A stretch of 64,000 nucleotides of DNA from Octopus sinensis (lineage: Eukaryota), in the NCBI RefSeq assembly GCF_006345805.1, contig NC_043025.1, forward strand, positions 9,238,001 through 9,302,000, read 5' to 3'. The notes under the pieces were generated by a model. The model made no database searches. It was not told the DNA's origin and worked only from the letters and a program-made list of their open reading frames with translations. A program made the translations under genes and the position numbers. Shown in pieces: positions 13,465-57,056 of this stretch. Position 1 is the first letter of the stretch; every line of letters starts with the position of its first letter.

Positions 13465-15140
13465 CTTTGCACAGTTTCTAACGCTGGAGATGTACTACGT
13501 TGTCAGCTGTCACTACAGTGAACAAAAGCAACACCTCTTATTTTAGGAGCACCTTCTGGAATATTCGAGCGCGGTTCCATGCAGTGTTGTTTTCTGAGTG
13601 CTCCACCCTTATTGCAGCCCCCTATTTGTTCCATGAACTTCACGAGATTTTTATCATTGTTCCCAGGGCTCCGACAATAATGGTACTATACCACCTTCTT
13701 CATCGACCACAACTGCTTTACCTCCAAGCTAACCTGTCATATCTATCGACTTTTCTTTCTTCGTTATCGCATACCTTGTTGTCAGCTGGGCATGTTATAT
13801 CTATGATCCAGCATAGTTGTTTCTTTCTCAATTAAGACTGTGTCTGGCTTCCTAGTCTCTATCTCATGGTTGAACTGAGTCATAAAATCCCACAAGGTCT
13901 TTGCATTATCCTTTTCGATGATGCTTTCGGGATTGTGGTCGTACCAATTTTTCCTCTGTCAAGGTCAATTACTGTTGCAAAGTGTCCAATGGACAAGCCT
14001 TGCTATATTGTCGTGGCGTCTCTTATATTCCTTCTGTGCTAGTGGCGTACATTGCTGGTAATATGCCATACGGTTTCACAGATTCTGCACTTATCACTTT
14101 CTTCGTGTTGTCTACTCTGTATTTTATGTAGTTTGTTCTTAGTGCTTGCACTTGGGCAGTACAGATAGAACCTCAGTTTCCGGTTTTAAATCACTTTTAG
14201 TCATCCACAGCATCTTTTTTCTCTGTCTGACTTAATTTCAACATCCCTATGAAATGGTCCATGCACTATTTTCTTTACCCACTATTTTCAGTCATTCGTT
14301 TTCAATTGCTCGTACAGTGCTTTATCTTTGCAATCTTTCCTCCTACACAAGCCTCACCTTCTTCTAATAATAACGGTTCTGTGGCATTTCGTTATGTTGT
14401 TTTCTTCTGCTCTAATGCTGTGTTCGCATCCAGTCAGTTCTCTTTCCCATCTTTTTCTTGGTACATATAGTTTGTCTGTGACACTTTTTATGTGGAGTAT
14501 CTCATATCTATTTAGTAACTTCCTTGCCTTTCTGTCTAAGCTGTATAGTTCCGCGACTGTCCATGAGATTTCCCCTGCTCCATATTAAAGATTAAAACCG
14601 CCCAGGTGTGATAGCTTCCATCTTATTCCATCCATTTAATTTCGACTTAAGGATCAGTCTGCGAAAGTACTCCTCCTTAAATTTTTCTGTCATTTCTTTC
14701 TCCATTAATTTATCCATTTCCAAATCCCCCAAGTAATTATAGCCCGTCTCTTCTATCTGCTTCATAACCTCCTCCGACGGTATCGATAGTCCGTGCATTC
14801 ATTTGATTTTGCCTCTCTTCAATACTAACACACCACACTTTCTCAGTCCGAACTCATTCTGATATCAGCACTGAAGATATACACCGTATCAAACGAGGGA
14901 ACTGACTGGGTTTCATCTTTCATAAAGATTGATATCATCATGAATAGCAAATGGTTGACTTTTTGTTGGCGGCATTTGAATGCATACCCAACTTTGCTTT
15001 CCTCAGTATCAGTGTTAGTGGTATGAATCACAGTACAAAGATCAGTGGTGACAGGCAGTCCCCTTGGAAGATACCCCTCCTGATTTCAACTCCCTAAACT
15101 TCTGTCAGGTCCGTCCTCCAATTTGCCATACTTTTTTCGA
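13465..15140 (-). mobile_element. R4/Dong-clade non-LTR retrotransposon fragment (RT and restriction-like endonuclease)
   Basis: Remnants HLLFM(DD), YNYLGDLEMDK, LKSKLNGWNKMEAI and a REL region; the 3' end abuts (TAA)n. Confidence 0.85.
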
Positions 15141-15329
15141 GCAGTCGCTCAATATTCGAGGCAATACCAAATAGGTTCATACATTCCATTATCCAATTTT
15201 TTAATCACAGGTTTGTTGGAACTCTCGGAGTCTTGCATGCATAGCGGGCTTTCTATCTGCAGCCTAGGCTACTATGCTATCCGTTCTTTTCAGCTAATAC
15301 TTGTCTGATTATTGGCTGTGCCAAGGAGG

Positions 15330-17640
15330 CAAACCCTTTGAAACAGTTCTGCTAGGCACTCTGTTACAATTTCCTCTATATTCCACTTGATTCCTTCTGA
15401 TACTGTTCCCAAGGACCTGGCAACAATTGGCACTATCTTCACCTTCTTCATTTACTATAGCCGGGCTATTTCGTATTTAAGAGGATGTATTTATCTATTT
15501 TATCAGAAGGTACTGCACAGTCTTATCAGTAAGCAAGTGTTCCCCAATCCTTGATTATCATGTCTGGGTGATTAGTGTATTCTTTGTGATGGTTTGAACC
15601 GGCCTATTCCAGATGATTGTGGCCTGATCGTTGTCTTGTAGCTTCTTTGGATATGCTTATACCACTATTGTCAGTTTTAATGTAATTTTGGCATATTGTA
15701 ATGGAATAACTGCTTACCTATTGGGTCTGTATATCTATTCAGACTTGGCAAAGACGGGCAGCACGTAATGATGTGGTAACTGTTTATTGTCTTGGTTGCA
15801 CATTGTGCATTTGGTGTGGTGGGCCTATTTTCCTTATTGTTTTATAATTGTTTGTAGTGAGAGATTCTTCTTGTGCAGCGGGAATCAATCCTTCCGTATC
15901 AGCTTTTAGACTGAGCTTTTGAGCCATTTTTGACTTTTGAGGCTCACTTCTTCTTGGTCAAGGCTTGCAGGATATTGGAAATGGAGTGATTTTTCCCTTT
16001 ATTTCTTCTTCAGTATCTTTTGTAATTCTATTTTTCATAGGTTTCTTTTATCTTTGATATTTCCGCCATACTATCATCTGAAATCAATGTATCAGTGAAC
16101 GTTGCTTCTGTTTCATTCTCGTGTTGCTTAACTACATGCAATAGTCTCCCACACTTGTTTCTAAGAACTCCTTAGTCCAACAGTTGTTATTTATTGTAAT
16201 TTTCTATCTGTATCAGGTCACAATCCCTTCTAAGTGGGATGAATATATTCTGCTTGCGTCTGCTTTGGTGAGGTGACTTCGGTGCATGTTAGTAGTCTTC
16301 TTAATTTTCTATCTAGGGTCTCAATTTACTGATCTTCCTGTTTATTATGTTAAAGCTATAATTTGTGACTGGTATGACTAGCGTGTTATCCCTATTATCT
16401 TATTTTTTTAGCAGTAAGTTCAGTGTTAATATTAGTTTAACTCTTCTGTAATACTCTCTCCTAAGTTTCTTCATTTCTCTGTGGTTGTATTTTAGCTGTT
16501 TCGTAATTCCCAGATATTTGAATAAGCGATTTGGTCTAATTCTTTAATTTCTGTGTCTATGTTGAGTGCAGAGTTTTCAGTACTGATTAATTTGCCTCCC
16601 TCGTTGTGAATCTGGCACATTTGTCCAGCCGCATGCCTCATTTTTATGTCCTTACTGAAAACTATGGACAATTTGGTAAGGTTTCTCTGTTCCATAGTAC
16701 TTTTAGAGAAAAGTTTTGGTCACCCATGTACAGGAGATGTTTATTTTTTGTCCATAGCATAGTGGGTTTGCTTAACAAGTCTGTTAGCGGGGGCGGAGAA
16801 AGGCAGAACTGCAGGGGTTGACAGTGAGTCTCCCTGAAAAATCCCTCTTCTCACGGGGTAGTGGTACGTTTTCGATTTGCCATTGCATGTTTAAAATATT
16901 TTGGTAGTGGTGAGGCTATCTTATTCGTGTGGAGAAATTCCTGTATACATGAGTGGAAAGCTGTCGAATGCTTCTAGTAATCAATCCAAGTCATGTTCAA
17001 GTTTTGTCTTTCTCTCTTACAGTCCTCTGTAATGGCTCGGTTTACCAGAGGTGCTCCCTACAGCCATGCATTCCTATCCCATACCTTTTTTTTTTACTTC
17101 TGGTAAAACATTGTAGTTTTCCACAGATGCTTTTAAGCCGGTTATGGATTACTGATGCTAGGGTTTTGTTTGATGTTGATAGGTATAGATTGGCTGTAAT
17201 TTTGTGGAAGTACGGTATCTTTATTTTTCCAGCATTCAGTTTGATGTTGATTCTGGCTCATCATAAAATGAATGCTGTTTGCTGCGTGGTTATGGGTACT
17301 GATGAGGTGTTTCAACTAGAAGTTGGGAATCTTCTTATTCCTGAACTTTTCAGTTGCTGGTACTCCTCCATTGTCCGTGATATCTTGACCTGTGATGTGG
17401 GAATATCTGTAGTTCTATTGGGTTCTTCCTACCGTTCCCTATTAATCCACTAGTATTTTGTTGTATTGTTTTGGTTTGTTCCATATTGCTCCCAGTATAC
17501 TAAATCACTGATGTTGTTGGCATGATGTCTATTGATTAGTCTTCTTTGTTTAACTCTCTGTAAAAACTTTTGTGTTTATTTGAATTCTCTATTTTGTTGG
17601 AAGAAGCGTTCCGTTTTTTCCTACCATTTTTACGGGCAAG
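15330..17640 (-). mobile_element. Second, older R4-like non-LTR fragment (different family)
   Basis: Degenerate RT (IFQGDS, FSKDIKM) and REL-like motifs (PDMIIKD, PLKYEIARL, KIVPIV) on the minus strand. Confidence 0.7.
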
Positions 17641-18320
17641 TTTTGCTGTATGCCCTGTTAATTTTCTTTTACCTCTCAGGTAACTTCATTATTTACCCCC
17701 TACCCTAAATTGCCGGCCTTGTGCCAAAATTTAAAACCAATTATGCTGTTGTTGTTGAAAAACTGAAAAGATTTAAATTGATATTTCGAAAAATGTATAT
17801 AAATTCCCCCTTGTTAATAAGCACATTACTATACATGTCTGTGCCGCAGAAACTTAACGAAGTAAGTACAACACTATAATTTTTCAGTTTCTGCACTGGT
17901 CAACCTCTGACTTAAAAAATATTTGCCGCACACAGAATAAACACAACCTTTTAGCACCAAAACCTCCCATCTAAATGAGTTTTCTCAGAGAGAGCGGCAC
18001 AAAGTCGGTACTACAACCTTTCCGTCCCCAAAATGTCCCTAAAACACAATAAATTGAATCGTTTAAGTGAATAGAAATCTTATTAAAGATACTATATTCA
18101 ATATGTAAGCTAAAATTAATAGAAGCTTATATTTTCACTTTCCACTAGCAAACCATTTCAAATATTGATGTTATTAACAATTTGGGAGCAAAAAACCATG
18201 AAGGTCATAACTTTTATACACCTGTTCGAATTTTCTAATCTTTGCTTCTTTGTCAAATCTAACAGGAATTTCTCTGTTCGTCTGAAGCGCATTCAGTTAG
18301 AGTTCTCTTTATAATTACAG

Positions 18321-18482
18321 TAACCTCGGAAAACAATAAGAATATGATGTGTGGATGTCACCTACCAGCCTTCGTAAATCATATTAAAAAAAAAGTCTAT
18401 AACAGAAGTGTGACTGTCATTGCGCTGTTGTCAGGAGGCTACAGGCGCAACAATCCCTATATGAATTATGCACAATGTAACG
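18321..18482 (+). CDS. LRR C-terminal cap (LRRCT) exon, with at least one apparent +1 indel
   Basis: attacag|T...G|gttagg; reads (I)NL[E]NNKNMMCGCHLPAFVNHIKKKVYNRSVTV...MNYAQCN. The N..CxC motif fits LRRCT. As assembled, the frame from the previous exon stops at CAA TAA. Confidence 0.72.
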
Positions 18483-18758
18483 GTTAGGAAAACTTTCCTT
18501 GCTTGTTTTTCTTTATTATTATAAACGAACACAAAAATCCGGGTTATTCTCGGAGCTTACAATATAGTCTTATGAAGGGAAAACTATAGACAAAGATATG
18601 AGAAATAAAACGTTTTACCATTCGCACGCTTTTCATTCACATTTTCTCTCTAATGCACTTACAGATTCAACGATATCACACAAACCGTCATCGGCACACC
18701 AACACACGCCAGGCGCATACCACACACAACACCACAACACCCACAACACAACACACAA

Positions 18759-19480
18759 AACAGAGACACGACAGCGCACACATGCATGAATGTGGCGCGC
18801 ACATACACAACACACGTGCACACAGACACTCTTTCTAACTCCCTTCCTCTCTCATATACATTCTCACTCACAACTATGTAAGTATAGAACGGACAAATTC
18901 AAATAGTCATTGAGGAGGTCAATGGATGGCAACAAAAGGTTTCTAACAATCATAACTGTTTGATTGATTAGCCGAACGTTTCATCGAACATTCGTTTTTT
19001 TTATTTTTTAACACATTTTTAACAAAGGGACGGATAATAAGTGAAATAGAACCAGTGCGTGGATTTATTCTTTTCTACTCTACGCACAAGGCCCGGAAAT
19101 TTTGGGACACACCAACACACACACAACACACACACACACAAACAGAGACACGACAGCGCACACATGCATGAATGTGTGCGCACATACACACACACACGTG
19201 CACACAGACACTCTTTCTAACTAACTCCCTTCCTCTCTCATATACATTCTCACTCACAACTATGTAAGTATAGAACGGAAACATTCAAATAGTCATTGAG
19301 GAGGTCATGAATGGCAACAAAAGGTTTCTAACAATCATAACTGTTTGATTGATTAGCCGAACGTTTCATCGAACATTCGTTTTGTTAATTTTTTAACACA
19401 TTTTTAACAAAGGGACGGATAATAAAGTGAAATAGAACCAGTGCGTGGATTTATTCTTTTCTACTCTACGCACAAGGCCC
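18759..19480 (+). repeat. Tandem duplication, unit about 385 bp
   Basis: 18759-19095 is nearly identical to 19141-19480, differing mainly by small indels. Confidence 0.9.
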
Positions 19481-19769
19481 GAAATTTTGGGGGAGGGGGA
19501 GGTCAGTCGATTAGATTGACCCCAGTTCGCAACTGTACTACTTAATTTATCGACCCCCGAAGTATGAAAGGCAAAGTTGACTTGAAGTTGAACTCAAACG
19601 TAAAGACAGACGGAATACATATTTCTTTACTACCCCAAGGGGCTTAACACCACAGAGGACAAACAAGGACAGACAAACGGATTAAGTCGATTATATCGAT
19701 CCCAGTGCGTAACTGGTACTTATTTAATCGACCCCGAAAGGATGAAAGGCAAAGTCGACCTCGGCGGAA

Positions 19770-20110
19770 CGTGCTATCCTTAGTTTGGTTTTCGTGTCGA
19801 TCCTCACCTATTGTCATAAATGTTGGCTAACGACGACCGAAAGGGTTTGATCGCAAAGAGAAGCGGCTGAAATGAGATTTCTCCGAAGAATCTCTGGAGT
19901 AATTTTACTCGACCCAGTCTCTCCAGATCGAGTCAGGTTATACGGACAATGGCGATTAGAATGTCACACGAGAAAATCGCAAGACCAATTCTTCAACCCA
20001 TGCAAATTGACAGGAAATCTAGGGGTTGACCAAGAACAGATGGCTAGATAATAGTTTCAGTTGATCACATTTGGGAGTCCAGCCAGAAAGTGTATTGACA
20101 GTAGCTTCTG
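19770..20110 (+). mobile_element. RTE-clade LINE 3' fragment
   Basis: Remnants AAEMRFLRRISGV and KIARPIL...RG.PRT.WLD. Confidence 0.6.
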
Positions 20111-20499
20111 ATAGGACATATGCTGGAGGTACCTGAGGCCTCTACCACTAAAACTGGCAGGATATGTAGGGGTATACCAAGATCAACATGGCTAGATAAC
20201 ACCCACAGTCTCAGCTGCTCACGCTGAATGTATGAGTGTATGTACCAGTGTGTACGTGTCAAAGATAGAATATCCAATGAGAAAGACTGGGAGGGTAATA
20301 AAGTGTGAAGAGACTAACTGTGCTGGCGAAGTGAGATATGTATGTAGAAACTGTGAGCTAGCATGTGAAGTGTGTATAAAGTATAAATATGGGAGCAGGG
20401 ACAAATAATGTGTGGCTGTGGATTGGTGGGTGTGGTGCAGCAGGAAAAAGAAAAAAGAAAACGAAGCAGAGAAGTAAAGCATATATTTGTACAGGTGGG

Positions 20500-20840
20500 G
20501 AGTTGAATGTAGATGAAAATGTGAGGGGGGAATTTAAATCAAAAGGCGGACAAGTTTTCAGAAAGATATACTCTTCTTCCCTAAAGAAATGAGAGATGGG
20601 TAATCGGGTGTTGAAGGTTTAAATCGAAAACCGAGAGGCGTTACGCAGAGTGGTCGGTGTCGGTGAAGTGGAAATATTGAGTGAGTGTCGACTCGTTGCT
20701 AAGTTGGATCACTAAGTTGTTCTATGATGCTCTAAGATGTTGTTGATCCAATTGTCCACTATACAGATAGTTTAACCGATGCAGATCGAAAGTTTGGTGT
20801 GCATATATAAGGTTGGTAAAAGTCTTCAATGTAGAAGATG
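20500..20840 (-). mobile_element. Penelope-like element GIY-YIG endonuclease remnant
   Basis: Minus strand TFTNLIY...LYSGQ...HFTDTDHS..LSVF...EYIFLKTCPPFDLN. Confidence 0.5.
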
Positions 20841-20915
20841 TATATAAATATATATATATAGAGAGAGAGAAAGAGAGAGAGACAGGCAGACAGAGACATG
20901 AACATATGCACACAC

Positions 20916-20947
<32 letters not shown>

Positions 20948-20970
20948 GTATGTGTATGTATATATGTAGG

Positions 20971-21005
<35 letters not shown>

Positions 21006-21209
21006 ATGTATATATGTAGGTATATATATATATATATATTATATATATGTATGTGTATGTATATAGTAGTATATACGCTATATATATATATTTAATATAT
21101 TTATATATATTATATATATATATATTTATATATATATACGTATATTATATGTATATATATGTGCATATATATATATATGTATATATATATGTATATATAT
21201 TATTTTATA

Positions 21210-21243
<34 letters not shown>

Positions 21244-21961
21244 AATTAATAATATATATATGTATATACATATATTTATATGTATATATATATGCATAAT
21301 ATATGTGTGTGTATATATATATATGTATATATATATATATTATATATATTATAATAATTTACATATATATATATATAATGGAACAAAAACGCAATAGAGG
21401 ACATTAAAACATTCGGACACATAGACGACACAAAGGCTGACAAGAGAAACAACAATTAGGCGGACATGCAGAAAAAGGGTTTCTTTCCTCAGTCAAGTTC
21501 CAGAAGTCACGACCATTTTGGGCAGTTGCACTTGAGATTGTTCGATTTGGTTGCCCCCAAAAAGTCTCAGCTAAGAGCATTAAACCCTATTGTAAGAAAG
21601 ATAGCGAATGTGTACGGCAACAAAGACAAAACAAAAGAAAACGGAGAACATGGTATAGAATTGCGAATACAAACAACAAGAAATAACAACGGGTGTCTTT
21701 CGACTGAGAACTAATCAAATTGAGCTGGCGTGTATGAAGTGAAAGCCTAAAGCAGGGACATACGAGATGGACACAAGAAGTCTTGGCGGTCGGCAGTCAG
21801 GCCAAGAAAGAAAGATCATGGCTGGCCGAACACCAGTCACATGGAAGGAGGGGAGATTTGTAGGGGACAAGATAGGGACAAGCAATGTGAGAGAGGGGAG
21901 CGAGAAAATGGAAGAAACATGAGAGGGAGAATAAAAGATAGAGTGTGTTTATATATATATA

Positions 21962-23107
21962 TACGATCATCGATAAAGGTTTTCGCGATTTTAGTTGTCA
22001 TTATTCAAGCTATAAACCAGCGATCCGTATGAAATCAACGTTCCACTGTATAACAACTGTAGGTGTTTTGATATTTGCCACTGCGTTATCCTTCAAATCA
22101 CTATTTCACTAGCGAGCGTCTGGACAGTCTCTCCACGGCAATCATGGCGACTCTACAGCAGAAAGTGCAGTATGTGTTGTGGTACGCTGAGTGTAAGTCA
22201 GTTGTTTTAGTGCAACGTCGTTTTCAGCGTACTTACGAACAAGATTCCCCTACAGACAAAACCACTGTTCGCTGGTTTAACCAGGTTTAAGAAACTGGAA
22301 ATGTAAATATTAAGAAATCTCCAGGCCGGCCTCGCACGCTGGAAAAGAGTGTGGAGCGTTTGAGACTGTCATGTTTGCCTTGTCTTAAGAAGTCCATCAA
22401 TCGACGCAGTTTGGAGTTTCGTATGTCTAAAACAACAATTCAAAACGCCTAAGACTGAATGCTTACAGAATTCTAAAGAGACGTAAAATTAAGGAGACTG
22501 ATTGGCCTGAAAGCGCTAAATTTGCTGTAACGACGGTGAGAGAAATTGATGACGATAACAGTTATCTTAACAGAATTTTTATTTAGTGATGAAGCAACAT
22601 TCCACATAAATGATTGTGTTAAGCGATATAACAGTCAGATGTGGGGAGCTCAACAACCCCATGAAGTCTTTCACGTCTGTGATTCGCCCAAGTTTCATGT
22701 ATGGTGTGGACTCCTGCAGGATCGTGCTCTTGGCCCTTTCATATTCGTAGAAAACACGATTACAGGCGCTAGTTACTTGGACATGCTAGAAATTTATCTG
22801 TTCCCTCAAATAGCTCAATTGCAGACATTGAAAGAGAAAAGAGAATAAGTGTAATTTTCCAGCAGGACGGAGCACCGGCAAACTACAGCCATAATGTGCG
22901 ACAAGTTCTCAACAACAGATTCCTGGCCGCTGGATTGGAAGGGATGGTCCTATTCTGTGGCCACTTAGAATCACTGATCTAACTCCTATGGACTTTTTAG
23001 GGGGGGGGATTTCTTAAGAACATTGTCTACGAAGAAAAATTCCTTTAATACAGACTTAGTTATTTCATTTTGAAAAGCACGGAAACCTTTTTCGATGACC
23101 CCACATA
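21962..23107 (+). mobile_element. Degenerate Tc1/mariner-superfamily transposon (maT/DD37D-like)
   Basis: TIRs TCATCGA.AAAGGTTT.CG.G.TTTT. Transposase remnants MATLQQK..SVVLVQRRF, FSDEATFH, FQQDGAP, RWIGRDGP..WP...DLTPMDF. Confidence 0.88.
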
Positions 23108-23138
23108 TGTGTGTATATATATGTGTATGTGATATATA

Positions 23139-23173
<35 letters not shown>

Positions 23174-23191
23174 CATTTTTTCTGATGGCGG

Positions 23192-23252
23192 GATAACTGA
23201 AGAGATGGCGGCGTGAATTTCCACCCCGACAGCCGAAACTCGGAGTTTTATC
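23192..23252 (+). ncRNA. Type I hammerhead ribozyme motif
   Basis: GATAA-CTGAAGA-[imperfect GC-rich helix II]-GAAAC-TCGGA-GTT-TTATC; 5-bp helix I GATAA/TTATC; predicted cut after 23247. Confidence 0.65.
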
Positions 23253-23472
23253 ATGGCTACCGAATAATTGTCACATATTACATTTACAGATATATATATA
23301 TATATATATATTTCCACACATACACACACATACATGCATGCATGCATACATACACACATACATACATACATACATACATACATGCATATATATATACACA
23401 AATATATACACACACACACCTACATGCATACATACATACATACATACATACATACATACATACATACATACA

Positions 23473-23508
<36 letters not shown>

Positions 23509-24002
23509 TATAACCTGCATATATTTGGAATACCACCATATCAGTGATAAAGTTTCCTATTTATTCAAATATTGTTTTGCTCAGTTCACATATAGCATTT
23601 TTCACATACTATATAACATTGTAACATAATGTAAATGACATTCCCGGGTTTTATAAGGGAGTTCCCACTGCAACATCAGTTACCACTTTCGAATTTCATC
23701 CCTTTATTGGACTTGTTCCACAATTTTCACGTTTTTGTGAGATCAGAATGCTAAAAGAAAAGGGCAACAGGTAGATTCCATGCTTTTCTCAGTTGAATTT
23801 GTGACATAATTTAAACATTTCCATATGAATATAAAAATAGGTTTATAGTCTTTGTTAATAATTTGGTTTATATAGCGAACATGTATTGATTCCAACTCTA
23901 ATACATATACATTTCTTTACATCAGAAAGCAAATATTTCTTGTTGTTGCTATGCATTGCACTATTTGGTTCGTAAAATATGGATATTTACTTATATTCTG
24001 TA

Positions 24003-24074
24003 AAGAATTTGCAGTGTCAAACATTTCAAAGATGACGTGCAATGAGTCATCTGTAACCAGTTGTCCAGAGCAGA
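24003..24074 (+). pseudogene. Degraded exon for the first half of the three-finger (LU) domain
   Basis: KNLQCQT then a 1-nt gap, then SKMTCNESSVTSCP, donor gtaaac at 24075. Supplies the Cys residues missing from exon 25964. The acceptor is not recognisable and the end phase does not match. Confidence 0.55.
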
Positions 24075-24899
24075 GTAAACTAGGATCTTATTTTCTTCCT
24101 TTCCCGTTAAATATATCCGTAACTGTCACTCGCTAATGTGTCGTAGGTGCCTGTGAAGACATGAACACCTATTGATCTTCTTATCCATGACTCAATGGGA
24201 CAACAAATATCTGAAGATTGAAGGGAGAAATAGATGACAAACACTAAGCTGGGATCCATTTTCACTTGAGAGACTAAACAAAGTGCAAGGAACAACATTG
24301 AACCCTGCCCAAGAATCGAACACAAGAACTTATGATAAACATAGCTGTACTTAGAGTGGGATGTATGAATGTACGTGGCCAGGAGGCAACTTGAGACCAA
24401 GGTTCCTTGCAGAATGATCTTGCAGAATGATCAGGAAGTCGGAACGTGGCCAGTTCGCAAAGATTGCAAAGACGGATCAATGAATTAGTTAAGGCAGCAA
24501 ATGAGAGTTATCATTTGTCTGGTCGCTATAGCAAAAGAGGCTGTCTGATAGACGAGGTTGAAAGGTACAACAACAGAGAAATATTATATATCTCTACTAA
24601 TGAAAAATTGAAAGCGTATTAAATCTTCGCTCACATCAAGTAGTACGACAAACACTTCAGAACATAATTTAGTATTATTTCAAGTGGAAAAGACACAAGC
24701 AATACGTTTAAAACGCAGCTAAAACACGAGTTGAAATTGCCAGACGTATGTCTGACCACGTAGTTGTACTCCAGTACATTGGTAATGACACAGAACAATG
24801 CTTCATCTTAACTGATATACGGGAATATAGGAGAATAGAATTTGATATAAGTGAATGGCTGCATTCTGTCCTCTATTTCATTGTCTGTTCTGCTCTGAG

Positions 24900-25760
24900 A
24901 CCTTTCTGTTTTCTTGAAACTGACTTAGCTTATTTAAAGCTTCATTCGTTTCCAATCACCGACTCCATTGGCTTTTTTGAAGACGCCAGGCTACCGGTAT
25001 TATGTGCAGTTTCTATTGGTTCATGACATCGTAACTCAGTTTCATAGATCTGCATTTTTATTTCTGAAAATTCTCCTAGTTTGAAAGACCCGAGTTTCAG
25101 GCTCAAATTAAGGCTACATATATTACTAACTTCGTGCACTACATTCTCTTTGCTTTTATCGTTGTTAGGTGTATGAAATCATTAATTGTATTTTGCAGTG
25201 CATTTTCCCCTTTAAATGTTCTCAATTTCTGATATTTTTTGTTTTCAGAATGTGTTTTATTAAGTTTAGTGAGGTCCGATGATACATTTGGATCTTAGCT
25301 ATGATCTCTCCACATTGTATACTAATATATCCTATTTTCGTTTCGTGACCATACAATATACTTGCAAAATAAAAGCATATTTCTCTTGTGTCTATTTATG
25401 CATTTTCTGTTTTATTTGCAAAGCCTGAGGTGTTCAATCTGATAAATTTATTTAATTATCAGCTTTGGGTACGGGTGTATGATTTGCTGTTGCTGGTGAG
25501 TTTTGTACACATAATGTTTCGTAAATTTTGTATCAAAAAAATCCCCGTTTGCATTCCCGATGCAGAGGAAACTTTGGCGGAATGATACATAATTATTGGG
25601 ATTATTTGACCTATCTTATGTTTTATGGTGGGTGGCAGAGTGCAGTGGTTTTGATTTGAACCGTGATTCGATGGTCATATCTACATGTGATCAGAGAACT
25701 TTGAATACTGTAAGTATTCAAAACATTATTTATTATAAGTCGTAAATAACCATAAACTTT
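24900..25760 (+). mobile_element. Highly degenerate Penelope-like RT fragment
   Basis: SYDLSTLYTNI near 25298 resembles the PLE RT motif FDxxxLYTxIP; RLPVL lies upstream. Confidence 0.4.
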
Positions 25761-25963
25761 ACAGAGAATTACTTATGTTGTCAATTTTCAATTCTTTGAA
25801 AAGTTGTTTTCGATTTCATTTCTTGCTTTATGCTATTTTTAAAGCAATGATTAAACCTTGTTGCATGATAGACATTTCCAGAGTTGTTGTTGCTGTAGTT
25901 AGCAGTAGTCATAGTAGTAAATATTGTGGTTGTAGTACATCATTTTTATATCTATTATTACAG

Positions 25964-55845
<29,882 letters not shown>

Positions 55846-56511
55846 ATGAAAATTGAAAAAGTGCCTTCAAAAATCGCTTCGATAATATTTTACGTCATAA
55901 AATAATATTTTCTCCATATATGATATTAAATATAAATATATAATATTAAATATAAATATATAATATTAAATATAAATAATACTCTTAAATATGAATATAT
56001 AATATTAAATATAAATATTAATATTAAATATAAATATATACTCTTAAGTATGAATATTAAATATGAATATATAATATTCTTTTCTCTAGGCACAAGGTCG
56101 GAAATGTTGAGGGTGGGCGCCAGTCGATTAGATTGACCCCAGTACGCAACTGGTATCTAATTCATCCATCCCGAAAGGATGAAAGCAAAGTCAACCTCGA
56201 CGGAATATAAATATATAATTTTGAATATAAATATTCAATATATTTGCTTGTTAAGAAACTATATTTGTACCTTTTGGTTCAACACTATGCAACCGAGAGA
56301 CTGCATAATCCACAATAATATAATCTTAAATGTTTAGTTTTCGGCTTTTTTTATTACTCTATATCTCTATCCTATGACCCGTCGTAACATTTCTATTTAG
56401 CCTATTGCTTGAAACACAGGAAAACAGAAAATGTTGTTTTGATTTGAAACTGTGTTGATATTCTTTCTTATTGCCACTTTAATGTTATCAATGTAAGCCT
56501 TAAAATTGTTG

Positions 56512-56517
56512 AATAAA
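56512..56517 (+). promoter_or_regulatory. Candidate polyadenylation signal AATAAA
   Basis: AATAAA about 670 nt after the stop, followed by a T/GT-rich stretch. The background is AT-rich, so support is weak. Confidence 0.35.
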
Positions 56518-57056
56518 GGATTAAATCTGACTTATTGCTGCCTTTGTTTTTTAGATGAAATAATGTAATACTGTAGTCTAAGTTCAAATACGGCCTGGAG
56601 GGGCAGTGATTCCATCTCTTATTTTAAACATGCCACTAAAAAGTTGAATACGTGCAAGATATATCCAACTGATAAGATTTATAATCGTTTATCTAATTAA
56701 CATTATTAGGTCTTTCAACTCTCGTTGTTCTAGCAATGAATGTTTCACAAACAATTATATTCCATCTGTCTTTTACACATTCATGTCTACTTTCACTGCA
56801 CAAATGTCACAACAACACGTGACTGCACATGCCAAAAGGTCTACATTGAAGTTAGACTAGTTAGGCTGCAATATCTCGGTATCCAACGTTTTTTAACATC
56901 CGAGGATACAAGTCTCCCCACTGAACGAGATGCCTGTTTATCGTAAGATTAAACCGCGGTTGTTGCTGGTACTCCTTTTCAGATGAGTGCACTGAAAGTG
57001 TCTTTCTCGTGGATACAACGCACCGAACCAATGGCCCATGCACCTTTATATACATA

